Both the position numbers and the translations under genes were made by a program. DNA of 64,000 bases from an uncultured beta proteobacterium (lineage in GTDB: Bacteria > Pseudomonadota > Gammaproteobacteria > Burkholderiales > Burkholderiaceae_C). The notes below the pieces were generated by a model that was given only the letters and a program-made list of their open reading frames with translations, ran no database searches and was not told the origin of the DNA. Below, piece after piece: positions 1 through 10,381 of this stretch; position 1 is the stretch's first letter, and every line of letters begins with the position of its first letter. The stretch lies in NCBI GenBank assembly GCA_903930255.1, contig CAIYYA010000036.1, positions 6,981 to 70,980 on the forward strand, written 5' to 3'.

Positions 1-447
1 ATCGGGGTTCAGGTTGATGCCCACCGCACCGTATTGCTTGACACATTTTTCCAACTCGGGAATGCAACTGGCCGGGTCAACCCCCGGGCTTTGCGGCAAC
101 ATGGCGACCGGCACAAAATGTTTGGGAAACAGTTGGCTCACGCGATAGCAAAGTTCGTTGCAGATGGCCGCCCAGGTGCTTGAGACGTTGAAATCGCCGA
201 TATGGTGTGCCATAAAGCTGGCTCGTGGGCTGAACAGGGTGATGTCGGAGCCGCGCTCTTTCATCAGGCGCAGCTGGTTCGACTCAATCGACTCACGCAG
301 TTCGTCATCGCTGATTTTCAGATCAGCCACTTTGGGCATCATGGCAGGGTCTTTGATGCCGGCAATCTGCAAGTTACGCCAACTTTCCAGCGCTTTGGGA
401 GCCGTGGTGTAGTGGCCGTGGCAATCGATGATCAGCGGGGATGTCAT
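1..447 (-). CDS. ligJ: 4-oxalomesaconate hydratase (amidohydrolase family, LigJ/PmdE); 5' part, runs off the window start
   Basis: Manual translation from ATG at 447: MTSPLIIDCHGHYTTAPKALESWRNLQIAG...SPRASFMAHHIGDF...AMLPQSPG...GINLNPD, matching LigJ (HGH metal motif). Overlaps the upstream stop as ATGA. Confidence 0.9.
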   Translation of the reverse strand, partial: MTSPLIIDCHGHYTTAPKALESWRNLQIAGIKDPAMMPKVADLKISDDELRESIESNQLRLMKERGSDITLFSPRASFMAHHIGDFNVSSTWAAICNELCYRVSQLFPKHFVPVAMLPQSPGVDPASCIPELEKCVKQYGAVGINLNPD

Positions 448-1181
448 GAGAACTCCTTGGGGTCAAGGCGTGCAGCAGGCTCCATGCCCTGGTGGCGCTT
501 GGCCGCTGCGGTGTCAGAGGATGCCATGAAGTCAAGCAGCGCACGCACCTCGACAGGTCGCGCGCAACCTGCCGTCATGGCGGCAGAAAAAGTGGTGGTA
601 ATCTGAACGGCCGGTGGTAATGGACCCACGATGGTGATGCCTGGCAGATGAATCAGTTCACTCAATTGCTGAAAACCCAGCGCCACCTCACCCTTGGCGA
701 CCAGACTGCCCACCGGCACGCCGGGTGGAGCGGTGACGATGCGGTCTTTGATCTGCTCGGCAATGCCCCAGCGTTCAAACAGCTTGGCCAGGGCAACGCC
801 GCTGGGGCCGGTCGAATAGCTCAGGCAGGGTGCTGCCAACACGGCCTGGCATAGCGTTTCTTCGCTGCTGATGTCGGGCACGGGGGAATCCGCGCGCACC
901 GCCACTGCCACGCCAGAGTGCACCAGATCGACCAGGCTGTCGGCGCGCAAATGACCAGCAGCAAGCAATTTGGCCATGGCATCCGAGGCCAGAATGACCA
1001 GGTCAAAGGCCTCACCGGCCAACACCCGTTTGGCCGCATCAACACCTCCGACCGACTCGATCTGCACGGTCTGGCCGCAGCGCTGGGCGTAAGCGTCTGT
1101 GAGCTCAGTCAGCAATTGACGCGTGGCCATCGACGAGATGCCTGTCAGCGGCGCAACAACGGGATTGGCAGTAGTTTGCAT
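444..1181 (-). CDS. ModA-like substrate-binding-fold protein, no obvious signal peptide
   Basis: GISSMATR...ESVGGVDAAKRV...YSTGPSG...LGFQQLSEL motifs of the ModA-like family. Start placed at ATG 1181. Confidence 0.75.
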   Translation of the reverse strand: MQTTANPVVAPLTGISSMATRQLLTELTDAYAQRCGQTVQIESVGGVDAAKRVLAGEAFDLVILASDAMAKLLAAGHLRADSLVDLVHSGVAVAVRADSPVPDISSEETLCQAVLAAPCLSYSTGPSGVALAKLFERWGIAEQIKDRIVTAPPGVPVGSLVAKGEVALGFQQLSELIHLPGITIVGPLPPAVQITTTFSAAMTAGCARPVEVRALLDFMASSDTAAAKRHQGMEPAARLDPKEFS

Positions 1182-1236
1182 GAGCGCTATTTTGCAGCCT
1201 GGCGGGTTACTGAAAAACCCAAGGTCAACACTAGCA

Positions 1237-1257
1237 GCTATCACAGATCGGCATAAT
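1237..1257. promoter_or_regulatory. Candidate LysR recognition site (GCTAT-N11-ATAAT)
   Basis: T-N11-A imperfect palindrome in the divergent promoter just upstream of the LysR gene. Confidence 0.35.
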
Positions 1258-1287
1258 CAACTGTGTGTTATCCACTAGAACTCAGAA

Positions 1288-2208
1288 ATGGACCTCAAAC
1301 AACTTGAATATTTTGTCCGCGTGGCCGAGCTGGGCAGTTTTACCCGGGCTGCCATTGCGCTGGACATTGCTCAACCCGCCTTGAGCCGTCAGGTGCGCCT
1401 GCTCGAAGTGGAGTTGCGACAAAGCCTGCTGACCCGCAATGGGCGGGGTGCCTTGCCCACTGAAGCTGGCAAGCTGTTGCTGGCGCATAGCCGCGGCATC
1501 TTGCACCAGGTTGCCCGAGCCAGGGAAGAGCTGGGTCGCGTGCGCGGATCGCTCGCAGGTCGGGTCGCGGTGGGTTTACCCACCACTTTGGCACGCATTC
1601 TGGCAGTGCCATTGATCAAGGCTTTCCGACAAAAAATGCCGGATGCCACCATCTCGATCAGCGAAGGCCTTTCCGCCGCCATGCAAGAGTCGTTGATCAA
1701 CGGGCGACTCGACATTGCCGTGCTGTACAACGCACAGCCCAGTAGCGACATTGAAATTTCACCCTTGCCAGACGAAGAACTGGTACTGGTGCAGGCGCGA
1801 GCGCCCGGGCAATTGCCAGACCCAGCGCCAGAACCCATCGCTTTGAAAGCCATTGCGCAATTGCCACTGGTGATACCGAGTCGCCCCAACGCCATCCGTG
1901 TGCATGTAGAGTCTGAAATGGCCAACATCGGCTGCCGGCTGAATATCGCGTTGGAAATCGATGGCGTCTCAGCCATCCTGGATCTGGTGGCAGATGGTGC
2001 GGGTTATGCCGTGTTGTCACGCAACGCCGTGGCCAACTCGGTACGGCCCGCGTCGTTCAGCGTGCGTCCCATTCATGCTCCCGTGCTGCGCACCAAGGTG
2101 GCACTGGCAACCAGCTCACTGCGCCCAGCCACGCTAACCCAGCAAAGCACACTGAGCTTGATTCGTCAGACGCTGGAGCAAGTGGTGCTGGCAGCTGGCA
2201 AAAACTGA
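1288..2208 (+). CDS. LysR family transcriptional regulator (Nac-like)
   Basis: N-terminal MDLKQLEYFVRVAELGSFTRAA...QPALSRQV HTH plus LysR substrate domain; divergent from the lig genes. Confidence 0.95.
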   Translation: MDLKQLEYFVRVAELGSFTRAAIALDIAQPALSRQVRLLEVELRQSLLTRNGRGALPTEAGKLLLAHSRGILHQVARAREELGRVRGSLAGRVAVGLPTTLARILAVPLIKAFRQKMPDATISISEGLSAAMQESLINGRLDIAVLYNAQPSSDIEISPLPDEELVLVQARAPGQLPDPAPEPIALKAIAQLPLVIPSRPNAIRVHVESEMANIGCRLNIALEIDGVSAILDLVADGAGYAVLSRNAVANSVRPASFSVRPIHAPVLRTKVALATSSLRPATLTQQSTLSLIRQTLEQVVLAAGKN

Positions 2209-2281
2209 CCGCAAGCATGAGTCAACCCAATGGCTACGGGTTGCCTACACTTGAGGCCGTCCATTTCAACCGGAGTCCCTC

Positions 2282-2851
2282 ATGCGTACCTCAACCCTAT
2301 CACCAGTAGCCGATGAAAAAATTGCGGTTCTTGTAGTGCCTTCTACCTTCGGATACATCTTGGTTGCTGCCACGTCGCGAGGCGTGTGTTGCATTGAATT
2401 GGGTGATGATGAGCAAACATTAACGCAGCAGTTGCGCACACGTTTCCCCAAAGCCAGTTTCGGTTCTGGCACGATGCAGCTGCAAGCGTGGGCCAGCAAA
2501 GTGCTGTCTTACATTGAGCATCCGGTTGCCAGTCTCGAACTGCCGCTGGACATACAGGGCAGCGCTTTTCAGTGCGCAGTATGGCAGGCGCTGCGCGATA
2601 TTCCAGTTGGCAAAACCGTCAGCTACACCGATGTTGCTGCCAGCGTGGGTCGGCCAACCGCCATGCGCGCCGTAGCGCAAGCCTGTGCCGCCAACCCATT
2701 GGCCGTGGTGGTGCCTTGTCATCGGGTGCTGCGCCGCGATGGCGGCTTATCGGGCTACCGTTGGGGCACCGAGCGCAAAGCTGAATTGCTGCGGCGTGAG
2801 TCTCAGGCGTGGCAACTAAACCACGACATTGTCAAGGTGATCACCGAATAA
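2282..2851 (+). CDS. ogt: Methylated-DNA--protein-cysteine methyltransferase (Ogt / Ada C-terminal type)
   Basis: PCHRV active-site motif, RAVAQACAANP, GYRWG. Confidence 0.9.
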   Translation: MRTSTLSPVADEKIAVLVVPSTFGYILVAATSRGVCCIELGDDEQTLTQQLRTRFPKASFGSGTMQLQAWASKVLSYIEHPVASLELPLDIQGSAFQCAVWQALRDIPVGKTVSYTDVAASVGRPTAMRAVAQACAANPLAVVVPCHRVLRRDGGLSGYRWGTERKAELLRRESQAWQLNHDIVKVITE

Positions 2852-2857
2852 AAATGT

Positions 2858-3346
2858 ATGAAAATTCAAAGTGAAAAAGACTTTTATTCTGGTGTGTTGT
2901 TCGCCTGCGTTGGCAGTGCTTTTGCCTGGGGATCCGGCACTTACAGTCTTGGCAGTAGCGCACGCATGGGTGCGGGCTACTTCCCACTGATTCTTGGTGT
3001 TTTACTTGCCGTTCTGGGATTAGCCATTGCAGCAAAGGCGTTAGTCGTGCCAGTCGCTGGTGGCGATAAATTAGGCAAATTCGCCTGGCAACCACTGATT
3101 TTCATCATCTCTGCCAATGTGGTTTTTGGTGTTTGTATCGGCGGAGTGCCCGCTATCGGGTTGCAGCCTTTGGGGCTGGTGGTTGGCATCTACCTGTTGA
3201 CCTTTGTCGCGGCAAAAGCGGGTAGTGAATTTAGGTTCAAGGAAGTTTTGACAGCGGCCACCATTCTTTCCGTGATGAGCTATTTTGCGTTCATCGTGCT
3301 GCTTAAGCTGCAGTTTCCGGTATGGCCTGTGGCCATCACCGGCTAA
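2858..3346 (+). CDS. tctB: Tripartite tricarboxylate transporter TctB
   Basis: About 4 TM segments, KDFYSG...ARMGAGYFP motif, directly upstream of tctA. Confidence 0.9.
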   Translation: MKIQSEKDFYSGVLFACVGSAFAWGSGTYSLGSSARMGAGYFPLILGVLLAVLGLAIAAKALVVPVAGGDKLGKFAWQPLIFIISANVVFGVCIGGVPAIGLQPLGLVVGIYLLTFVAAKAGSEFRFKEVLTAATILSVMSYFAFIVLLKLQFPVWPVAITG

Positions 3347-3358
3347 GGAGATAAGCGC

Positions 3359-4870
3359 ATGGACTTGTTCAGCAATCTTTCGCTCGGCTTTGGTATTGCC
3401 TTTACGTCAGTGAATTTGATGTACGCCTTTGTGGGCTGCCTGCTTGGCACCCTGATTGGGGTCTTGCCTGGAATCGGCCCCTTGGCGACTATTGCGATGT
3501 TGTTACCGGCCACGTATTCGTTGCCACCAGTGTCCGCGCTCATCATGCTCGCAGGTATCTATTACGGTGCGCAATATGGCGGCTCAACCACAGCCATTTT
3601 GATCAATCTGCCGGGCGAAGCGTCTTCAGTGGTCACAGTGATTGACGGGCATCAAATGGCCCGCAACGGCAGAGCGGGACCCGCCCTCGCAGCGGCAGGC
3701 CTGGGCTCGTTTTTTGCTGGCTGTGTGGGCACCTTGGTGCTGGCTGCTTTTGCGGTTCCGCTGACAGAGGTGGCCTTCATGTTTGGCCCGGCTGAGTATT
3801 TCTCCTTGATGGTGCTGGGGCTGATCGGCGCAGTGGTTTTGGCTTCAGGCTCACTGCTCAAGGCTGTAGCCATGATCGTTTTGGGCTTGCTGCTTGGCAT
3901 GGTGGGTACCGATGTGAACTCGGGCGTGGCCCGCTTCAGCTTTGACATCCCAGAGCTGACCGACGGCATTGGCTTCATCGTGATTGCCATGGGGGTGTTT
4001 GGTTACGGTGAGATCATCAGCAATCTCGGCAAGCATGAGAGTGAACGCCAGGTGTTTACCGCCAATGTCAAAGGCTTGTGGCCCAGTCTGCAGGATTTCA
4101 AGCGCATGTTGCCTGCGGTATTACGCGGCACCTCCCTAGGTTCTTTGCTGGGAATCTTGCCGGGTGGTGGCGCTGTGATGGCTTCATTTGCTGCCTATAC
4201 GATTGAGAAAAAAACCAAGCTTGAACCGGGTGAAGTTCCCATTGGCAAGGGCAACATTCGCGGGGTGGCCGCACCGGAGGCTGCCAACAACGCTGCCTCG
4301 CAAACTTCTTTCATTCCCTTGCTCACGCTGGGCATCCCACCCAATGCAGTGATGGCACTGATGGTGGGGGCTATGACCATCCACAACATCCAACCCGGCC
4401 CTCAAGTGATGACCAGTAACCCCGAACTCTTTTGGGGCTTGATTGCATCTATGTGGATTGGCAACGCCATGCTGGTGGTGTTGAACTTGCCGTTGATTGG
4501 CATCTGGATCAAACTGTTGAGCGTGCCTTATCGCTGGTTGTTTCCGGCCATTGTGCTGTTTTGCGCCATTGGTGTGTATTCGACCAACAACAACACCTTT
4601 GATATCTGGATGGTGGCCATCTTTGGTGTCATTGGGTATCTGTTCATTAAACTGGGGACAGAGCCTGCCCCCCTTTTGTTGGGCTTTATTTTGGGGCCGA
4701 TGATGGAAGAAAACCTGCGTCGCGCCTTGTTGTTGTCGCGTGGCGACTGGAGCGTGTTTCTGACCCGTGGCCTCTCAGCCAGCTTGTTGGCTATTGCGGC
4801 CCTGTTGCTGGTAGTGGTGTTGATGCCTTCCATCAAGAAGAAACGTGAAGAGGCTTTCGTTGAGGATTGA
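3359..4870 (+). CDS. tctA: Tripartite tricarboxylate transporter TctA
   Basis: GTLIGVLPGIG, GAQYGGSTTAILINLPGE, APEAANNA signature motifs. Confidence 0.95.
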   Translation: MDLFSNLSLGFGIAFTSVNLMYAFVGCLLGTLIGVLPGIGPLATIAMLLPATYSLPPVSALIMLAGIYYGAQYGGSTTAILINLPGEASSVVTVIDGHQMARNGRAGPALAAAGLGSFFAGCVGTLVLAAFAVPLTEVAFMFGPAEYFSLMVLGLIGAVVLASGSLLKAVAMIVLGLLLGMVGTDVNSGVARFSFDIPELTDGIGFIVIAMGVFGYGEIISNLGKHESERQVFTANVKGLWPSLQDFKRMLPAVLRGTSLGSLLGILPGGGAVMASFAAYTIEKKTKLEPGEVPIGKGNIRGVAAPEAANNAASQTSFIPLLTLGIPPNAVMALMVGAMTIHNIQPGPQVMTSNPELFWGLIASMWIGNAMLVVLNLPLIGIWIKLLSVPYRWLFPAIVLFCAIGVYSTNNNTFDIWMVAIFGVIGYLFIKLGTEPAPLLLGFILGPMMEENLRRALLLSRGDWSVFLTRGLSASLLAIAALLLVVVLMPSIKKKREEAFVED

Positions 4871-4933
4871 TGTGTTATTGGAATTGGTCGGCAGTCACGC
4901 GAGAATTTAGACCTCTTTATTGTTGATTACGCC

Positions 4934-6649
4934 ATGTCCACACCCAAACGCAAACTCCATGCCAAACCCCAGTCGGCACAAATAGCCGCCATTAAGCTGC
5001 TGATCCAACCAGGTGACTATGCCGCAGCTAAGCGGCGTCTGCACGCGCTGCAACAGTCCTACCCTGAATTTACGCCCTTGCTCCGGCTGGCATGGGAAAT
5101 CGAAGACCAACTAGAGCAGCACATGTCGGCCGCAGCACGCGCCTACGATTGGCACCAGGCGGCACCCCATAGCGAGATGGCTCTGAACGCCTTGTCGCGA
5201 TCAGCTAGAAACCAAGGTCTTCTGGCACTTGCCTGGTATGCCGAGGATAGCTTGGCAGCGCTGCATGGAGCACCGGCACGCATTGCGAGCAGCGCCATCG
5301 ACACCCCCTTTGGCCATGTCACACCGCAAATGATGGTGATGGGCGATCTGGCGCAGATGCATACCTCTGACAACAAGCCCATGGCCACCATTGCTTTGTT
5401 GAAAGATTCCAAGCACCCAGCAGGGCGCAACAATCTGGCGATGGCCTGGTTTACGGCAGGCGATGTTCAACAAGCGCATGACATCGCCCAGGCAACCTGG
5501 CAGGAGTTTCCAGACAATCTTTATGCCCTGGGCAGCATGGTGCGCTGGCGCTGCTGGCTGCAAGGGCTTGATCGGTGTAAAGGCTTTGCCGCCCCCCTGC
5601 TGGCGACACGCCCACTGCGCTCCGAAGATGCCATTGCACGCATCGAAACCCTGCGGTTTTTGGCTGAAGAAGCACTGGCGCAGCAGGCTTGGCAAGATGT
5701 TCAGGGTGCCGACTTCTGGGATGCTGCCGACGACGCGCAAGTGGCCGCCTTCAAAAGGCTGAAACCGGCCGGCACGACCATGCAAGAGTTTGCTGGCAAC
5801 TGGGTGGGCTTGGGCTGGTTGCATGATTTGAAAGCTTCTACGCAGTTCTTAAAGCATGATGGTTCAGAGGATTTTTCTCCGCAGGTCAACCAAAAATTGC
5901 TCGGCTTGAGTGCCCATGCTGATTACCTGTGTCGAGCCATCGCGCTGGGTGATCAGCTCACCCGGACGATTGCCCTGAGCATTCTTAAAAAACGCTGTGT
6001 GTTGTCTGATGCATCGGCCCTGGCTGCCCTGCTGGGGCTGCTCAAAACCCCCCAAGGCACCGACGAGCAGCGTATGGCGCTGCTCAGGTGGTTGATAGAA
6101 AACGCACAGGTATCCCCGTCAGAGCCGACAGAGGTCTGGGTACATGACAAATTACAACCCATTCAAAGCGCAAATGTCACCGTGACCGAAGGCCCTATGG
6201 AAGCCTTGTTTGCCGTGCAAAAGGATCGACGCTACAGCGATTTTCTGGTTCTTTGTCAGCAAAAACGTTTTCAGCAAGCCCACGACCTGGCGCTGCGACT
6301 GTCTCGCGAATTTCCCGGCGATCCACCGGTGTGGGCTAATCTGGGCACTGTGAAAGATGCGCTGCGCCATCCTCAAGCCGAAGTGAGCAGAGCGTATGCG
6401 CAGGCGTATGCCCTCGACCCCACGTATTTTTTTGCCTGCACCGGGTGGGCCATCTGCCTGGCCCGACAAGGCAAAGCCGAAGAGGCCAACGCGCTGCTCA
6501 AACCGCTAACCCACCGGACTGAATTTCACACCAGTCAGTACCGTAGTTTGCTCAATGCACAGGTCATCGTTGCCCAAGCCATGGGTTTGACTGATAACGC
6601 CAATGCGATCAAGCGTGTGCTGGATGATCTGAATCAGAAATTGGCTTAA
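4934..6649 (+). CDS. Hypothetical all-alpha protein with TPR-like repeats
   Basis: 571 aa ORF with TPR-like motifs (RNNLAMAW, VWANLGTV, AYALDPTYFFA). Confidence 0.65.
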   Translation: MSTPKRKLHAKPQSAQIAAIKLLIQPGDYAAAKRRLHALQQSYPEFTPLLRLAWEIEDQLEQHMSAAARAYDWHQAAPHSEMALNALSRSARNQGLLALAWYAEDSLAALHGAPARIASSAIDTPFGHVTPQMMVMGDLAQMHTSDNKPMATIALLKDSKHPAGRNNLAMAWFTAGDVQQAHDIAQATWQEFPDNLYALGSMVRWRCWLQGLDRCKGFAAPLLATRPLRSEDAIARIETLRFLAEEALAQQAWQDVQGADFWDAADDAQVAAFKRLKPAGTTMQEFAGNWVGLGWLHDLKASTQFLKHDGSEDFSPQVNQKLLGLSAHADYLCRAIALGDQLTRTIALSILKKRCVLSDASALAALLGLLKTPQGTDEQRMALLRWLIENAQVSPSEPTEVWVHDKLQPIQSANVTVTEGPMEALFAVQKDRRYSDFLVLCQQKRFQQAHDLALRLSREFPGDPPVWANLGTVKDALRHPQAEVSRAYAQAYALDPTYFFACTGWAICLARQGKAEEANALLKPLTHRTEFHTSQYRSLLNAQVIVAQAMGLTDNANAIKRVLDDLNQKLA

Positions 6650-6696
6650 CCGACAGCCAGTGGCCAAGCTGCAAAAATAACCGGCTAAGCCATACG

Positions 6697-6721
6697 ACCG
6701 CTCGCCCTGAGCCTGTCGAAG
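6697..6721. repeat. REP-like palindrome family B, single arm
   Basis: accgctcgccctgagcctgtcgaag matches the arms at 17718, 19691 and 33346. Confidence 0.7.
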
Positions 6722-6830
6722 TAAAAAGTGTGAATGGTTTGACCATAAAGGGCGATCGTCCATGCGTCACGAAGGACGTGGGTCCAGACTTCATGCGTGC
6801 GTCTATTTCACAGAAAAACAGCAAGCCTAT

Positions 6831-6876
6831 AGATAACTTGGTAATTAACAACTAATTATTCAGTAGTTCCAGTTTT
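6831..6876 (+). promoter_or_regulatory. Shared upstream motif of the sulfur operons (candidate CysB/SsuR-type site), copy 1
   Basis: TTGGT..AACAA-N10-AGTAGTT-N3-GTTTT, same spacing as the copy at 14181-14228. Confidence 0.5.
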
Positions 6877-6937
6877 GAATGTCAACCCTCAGAATTCGCT
6901 TCATTGCATTTTGGCAATGAATTTCGAGGACTTCATC

Positions 6938-7963
6938 ATGACATCTACTGCATCTATTTCACGTCGTTTTTTGCACATCGCAGTCACCACCTTGCTGGCC
7001 GGTGCAAGCTTGGGCGCCACGGCCCAGCCGGCTCCGGCCACCCTGCTCAACGTCTCCTACGACCCCACCCGCGAGCTCTACACCGAGTTCAACAGCGCTT
7101 TTGCCAAACACTGGAAAGCCAAGACCGGGCAAGACGTCACCATCAAACAATCCCACGGAGGGTCTGGCAAACAAGCCCGTGGGGTGATTGATGGCCTGGA
7201 TGCCGATGTGGTGACGCTGGCACTGGCAGGCGATATTGATGCCATCCACAAAAATGGCGCATGGATACCGGCCGACTGGCAAAAGCGCCTGCCACACAAC
7301 TCGTCACCCTACACATCCACCATCGTATTGGTAGTTCGTGCAGGCAACCCCAAGGGCATCAAGGACTGGGATGATCTGATCAAGCCCGGTGTCAGCATCA
7401 TCACCCCCAACCCAAAAACCTCCGGCGGTGCACGCTGGAATTACCTGGCCGCCTGGGAATTTGCCAAACGCAAACTCGGCAGTGATGCTAAAGCCAAAGA
7501 CTTTGTGCAAGCCTTATACAAAAACGTACCTGTTCTTGACAGCGGCGCGCGTGGCTCATCGATTACCTTTGCCCAACGCAACCAGGGCGATGTGTTCATC
7601 AGTTGGGAAAACGAAGCGCATTTACTGGAAAAAGAATTCGGTAGCAAAGTTGACATCATTTACCCATCGCTGAGCATTCTGGCCGAACCACCCGTGACGG
7701 TGGTGGATAAAAACGTGGACAAAAAGGGCACCCGCGCCGTGGCCACCGCCTACTTGGAATATTTGTACACCGATGAAGGTCAGGACATTGCGGGCAAAAA
7801 CTTCTACCGCCCGATTTCTGAAAAATTCCAGGCCAAATACGTGAAACAACTGCCCAAGATCAAGTTGTTCACCATCGACGAAGCCTTTGGCGGCTGGTCT
7901 AAGGCGGCCAAAGACCACTTTGCCGATGGCGCTTACTTTGACCAGATTTATTTGAAAAAATAA
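6938..7963 (+). CDS. sbp: Sulfate ABC transporter substrate-binding protein
   Basis: [36 protein letters not shown] motifs; signal peptide. Confidence 0.95.
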   Translation: MTSTASISRRFLHIAVTTLLAGASLGATAQPAPATLLNVSYDPTRELYTEFNSAFAKHWKAKTGQDVTIKQSHGGSGKQARGVIDGLDADVVTLALAGDIDAIHKNGAWIPADWQKRLPHNSSPYTSTIVLVVRAGNPKGIKDWDDLIKPGVSIITPNPKTSGGARWNYLAAWEFAKRKLGSDAKAKDFVQALYKNVPVLDSGARGSSITFAQRNQGDVFISWENEAHLLEKEFGSKVDIIYPSLSILAEPPVTVVDKNVDKKGTRAVATAYLEYLYTDEGQDIAGKNFYRPISEKFQAKYVKQLPKIKLFTIDEAFGGWSKAAKDHFADGAYFDQIYLKK

Positions 7964-7972
7964 GGGGTCGCT

Positions 7973-8440
7973 GTGAGTACCGCCATCGCAACAAGCCGCT
8001 TTGCGCAAGCCCTCGACAAAGTACGCTCGGTCGCACTCTCCACGGGCTTGACCTACTCGGGCGGCGTACACCCAAAGCTGGCCTGGGAACTGTTTCAAAC
8101 AGGCGAGGCCTTACTGGTCGATGTACGCACCCCCGAAGAGCGCAAGTTTGTCGGCCATGTGCCCGGCAGTTTGCATGTGGTGAGGGCCAGCGGTACGGCC
8201 ATGACGCGCAACCCGCGCTTTGTGCGTGAACTCGAAGCCAAGACTGGCAAATATGCGGTGATTTTGCTGCTGTGCCGCAGCGGCAAACGGTCCGACTTGG
8301 CAGCCGATGCTGCTGCCAAAGCAGGCTTTACCCGCGTCTTCAACGTGCTCGAGGGTTTCGAAGGCGAGATTGACGAAAAACAGCATCGGGGTGGCTTGGG
8401 CGGCTGGCGTTCATACGACTTACCCTGGGTGCAAGACTAA
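7973..8440 (+). CDS. Rhodanese-like sulfurtransferase
   Basis: LVDVRTPEE...GHVPG, CRSGKRS active loop, LEGFEG...GW...LPW. Confidence 0.9.
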   Translation: MSTAIATSRFAQALDKVRSVALSTGLTYSGGVHPKLAWELFQTGEALLVDVRTPEERKFVGHVPGSLHVVRASGTAMTRNPRFVRELEAKTGKYAVILLLCRSGKRSDLAADAAAKAGFTRVFNVLEGFEGEIDEKQHRGGLGGWRSYDLPWVQD

Positions 8441-8451
8441 TTGAAGCATTC

Positions 8452-9399
8452 ATGATGCAAGTCGCTGTCACCCCAACCAACCCGCGTGTGCCGACATTTG
8501 AGCTCAAACAGGTCGTCCTGGAACTGGCCGAGGTGCGCCAACGCTGGCGCGAATCACAAAACCGCTCGACCGAGCCCGGTGGCCGTGAGTTGCCCGCGCG
8601 GGATGCCTTGGCACACATCATTGACGCCTTGCGCGGCGTGCTGTTCCCCATGCGCCTGGGACCCGCCGACTTGCGCCAGGAAAGCGAAGACTTTTACGTC
8701 GGCCACACGCTCGACAGCGTGCTGCACGCCCTCTTGAATCAGGTACGGCTGGAGTTGCAACACGCCCGCCGGCATCAGACTGTGCCTAGCATCACCGATC
8801 TTGAGTCCACAGCGGTCGCCATCGTTCAACAATTTTCATTGCAATTGCCACACATTCGGGCCCTGCTCGATCGCGATGTAGTTGCCGCCTTTGACGGAGA
8901 TCCGGCAGCGCGCAGCGTGGATGAAGTGCTGCTGTGCTACCCCGGCATCTTGGCCATGATCTATCACCGCCTGGCCCATCAGCTCTACCTGCTGGGTGTG
9001 CCCCTGCTGGCGCGCATCGTGGCCGAGTTGGCGCACGCCCAGACCGGCATCGACATTCACCCCGGAGCCAGCATTGGTGCGGGCTTGTTTATCGACCACG
9101 GCACGGGTGTCGTGATTGGAGAGACAGCCGTGATCGGTGAGCGCGTGCGCATTTATCAAGCGGTGACGCTGGGGGCCAAGAGCTTTCCCACCGATGCAAC
9201 CGGCAACCCGCTCAAAGGCCAGCCGCGTCACCCGATCGTCGAAGACGAAGTGGTGATCTACGCAGGTGCAACCGTGCTGGGGCGCGTCACCATTGGGCGT
9301 GGTGCCAGCATTGGCGGCAACGTCTGGGTGACGCACAGTGTGCCCGCAGGTGCCCACATTACGCAGGCGCGCTCAACGCATGAAGCGGTGGGTGGATGA
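8452..9399 (+). CDS. cysE: Serine O-acetyltransferase (EpsC/CysE type)
   Basis: GDPAA, TGIDIHPGA, FIDHGTGVVIGET, RHP motifs (left-handed beta-helix). Confidence 0.92.
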   Translation: MMQVAVTPTNPRVPTFELKQVVLELAEVRQRWRESQNRSTEPGGRELPARDALAHIIDALRGVLFPMRLGPADLRQESEDFYVGHTLDSVLHALLNQVRLELQHARRHQTVPSITDLESTAVAIVQQFSLQLPHIRALLDRDVVAAFDGDPAARSVDEVLLCYPGILAMIYHRLAHQLYLLGVPLLARIVAELAHAQTGIDIHPGASIGAGLFIDHGTGVVIGETAVIGERVRIYQAVTLGAKSFPTDATGNPLKGQPRHPIVEDEVVIYAGATVLGRVTIGRGASIGGNVWVTHSVPAGAHITQARSTHEAVGG

Positions 9400-9635
9400 A
9401 GCAGATCGTCAGCAGTTTCGGTGCCACGGTGCGCCAGTTGCGCGAGGCGCAGGGCTGGTCGCAAGAGTTGCTGGCCGAACACGCTGACCTGAACCGCTCG
9501 TATGTGGGCGAAATCGAGCGTGGCCAGGTCATAGTCTCGCTCGTCACCGTGCATAAATTGGCCGGTGCCCTGGGTGTTGCAGCGGCTGACTTGCTGCGCT
9601 CCAGTGTGCAATCCGAACTGGGTTTGCAGTTTTGA
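9396..9635 (+). CDS. XRE-family HTH regulator
   Basis: FGATVRQLREAQGWSQELLAEHADLNRSYVGEIERG. Confidence 0.9.
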   Translation: MKQIVSSFGATVRQLREAQGWSQELLAEHADLNRSYVGEIERGQVIVSLVTVHKLAGALGVAAADLLRSSVQSELGLQF

Positions 9636-9764
9636 AGTCACAAACAGCCGGGTTGAACCTTGGCTTGTGAACGGTAACTTTTCTGTGATTGATTGGCTGC
9701 TCTGCCGGGACGTTGGGTGGTCACCCTCTTGCTGCGGCGATTTTGGATTTGGTTGGGATGAGCT

Positions 9765-9829
9765 AATTTTTACTAAAAACGGCTGTAGCGCTTTATGGAC
9801 GGGCGTAAAGTGCTATAAATATTGACAGC
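9765..9829 (-). repeat. Dispersed ~60 bp element family A (intergenic)
   Basis: Reverse complement ...atttATAGCactttaCGCccgtccataAAGCGCTACAGCCgttttt fits the family A consensus. Confidence 0.7.
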
Positions 9830-10000
9830 CTGAAGAAATCCACAATGTCTGGGTGCTGCGAAACCTATCGCGATGTCTCAGTGACAGCAATAGGCTGAAA
9901 GCGGGCGCACACGACGGTCGGCTTTGCGATGGTCCATTTAACTTCACTAGGCGCATCAAACGGCGAGCAACGCCCCACCTGACTGGGATCAACGGTGTGA

Positions 10001-10381
10001 CTAGGGCGATAGGTGTTGCGCTATGTGTTGCAGCCTGTTGAACGGAATCGGCTTTGGCAGAACCGCGACTGCGTGCGGCAAAGCAGGATGGGCAAGTATG
10101 ACCGATGCTTCCACGGCGCTCACCACCACGGTTGTGATCTTTTCCATGTCGAGCATTTCGTTCAGCGCGGCCAGCAAATGCGCACCGCTCAGGGCGGGCA
10201 TTTCCCAATCCACGATCAGCATGTCGGGGCTGTTTTCAGCCAAGTGCTTGATGGCCTCATTGCCGTTGGTAAAGCAGGCTAGCTCTGTCTTGAATGGCCA
10301 GTTCCGTATGGCGATCTCGTACAAATCAATCAGAAATTCATCGTCATCGACAACCACTATTTGCACGGGTTTTTGGTGCAT
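10001..10381 (-). CDS. Stand-alone response regulator receiver protein
   Basis: IVVVDDD, PDMLIVDWEMP, VVVSA, LPKP motifs. Confidence 0.9.
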   Translation of the reverse strand: MHQKPVQIVVVDDDEFLIDLYEIAIRNWPFKTELACFTNGNEAIKHLAENSPDMLIVDWEMPALSGAHLLAALNEMLDMEKITTVVVSAVEASVILAHPALPHAVAVLPKPIPFNRLQHIAQHLSP

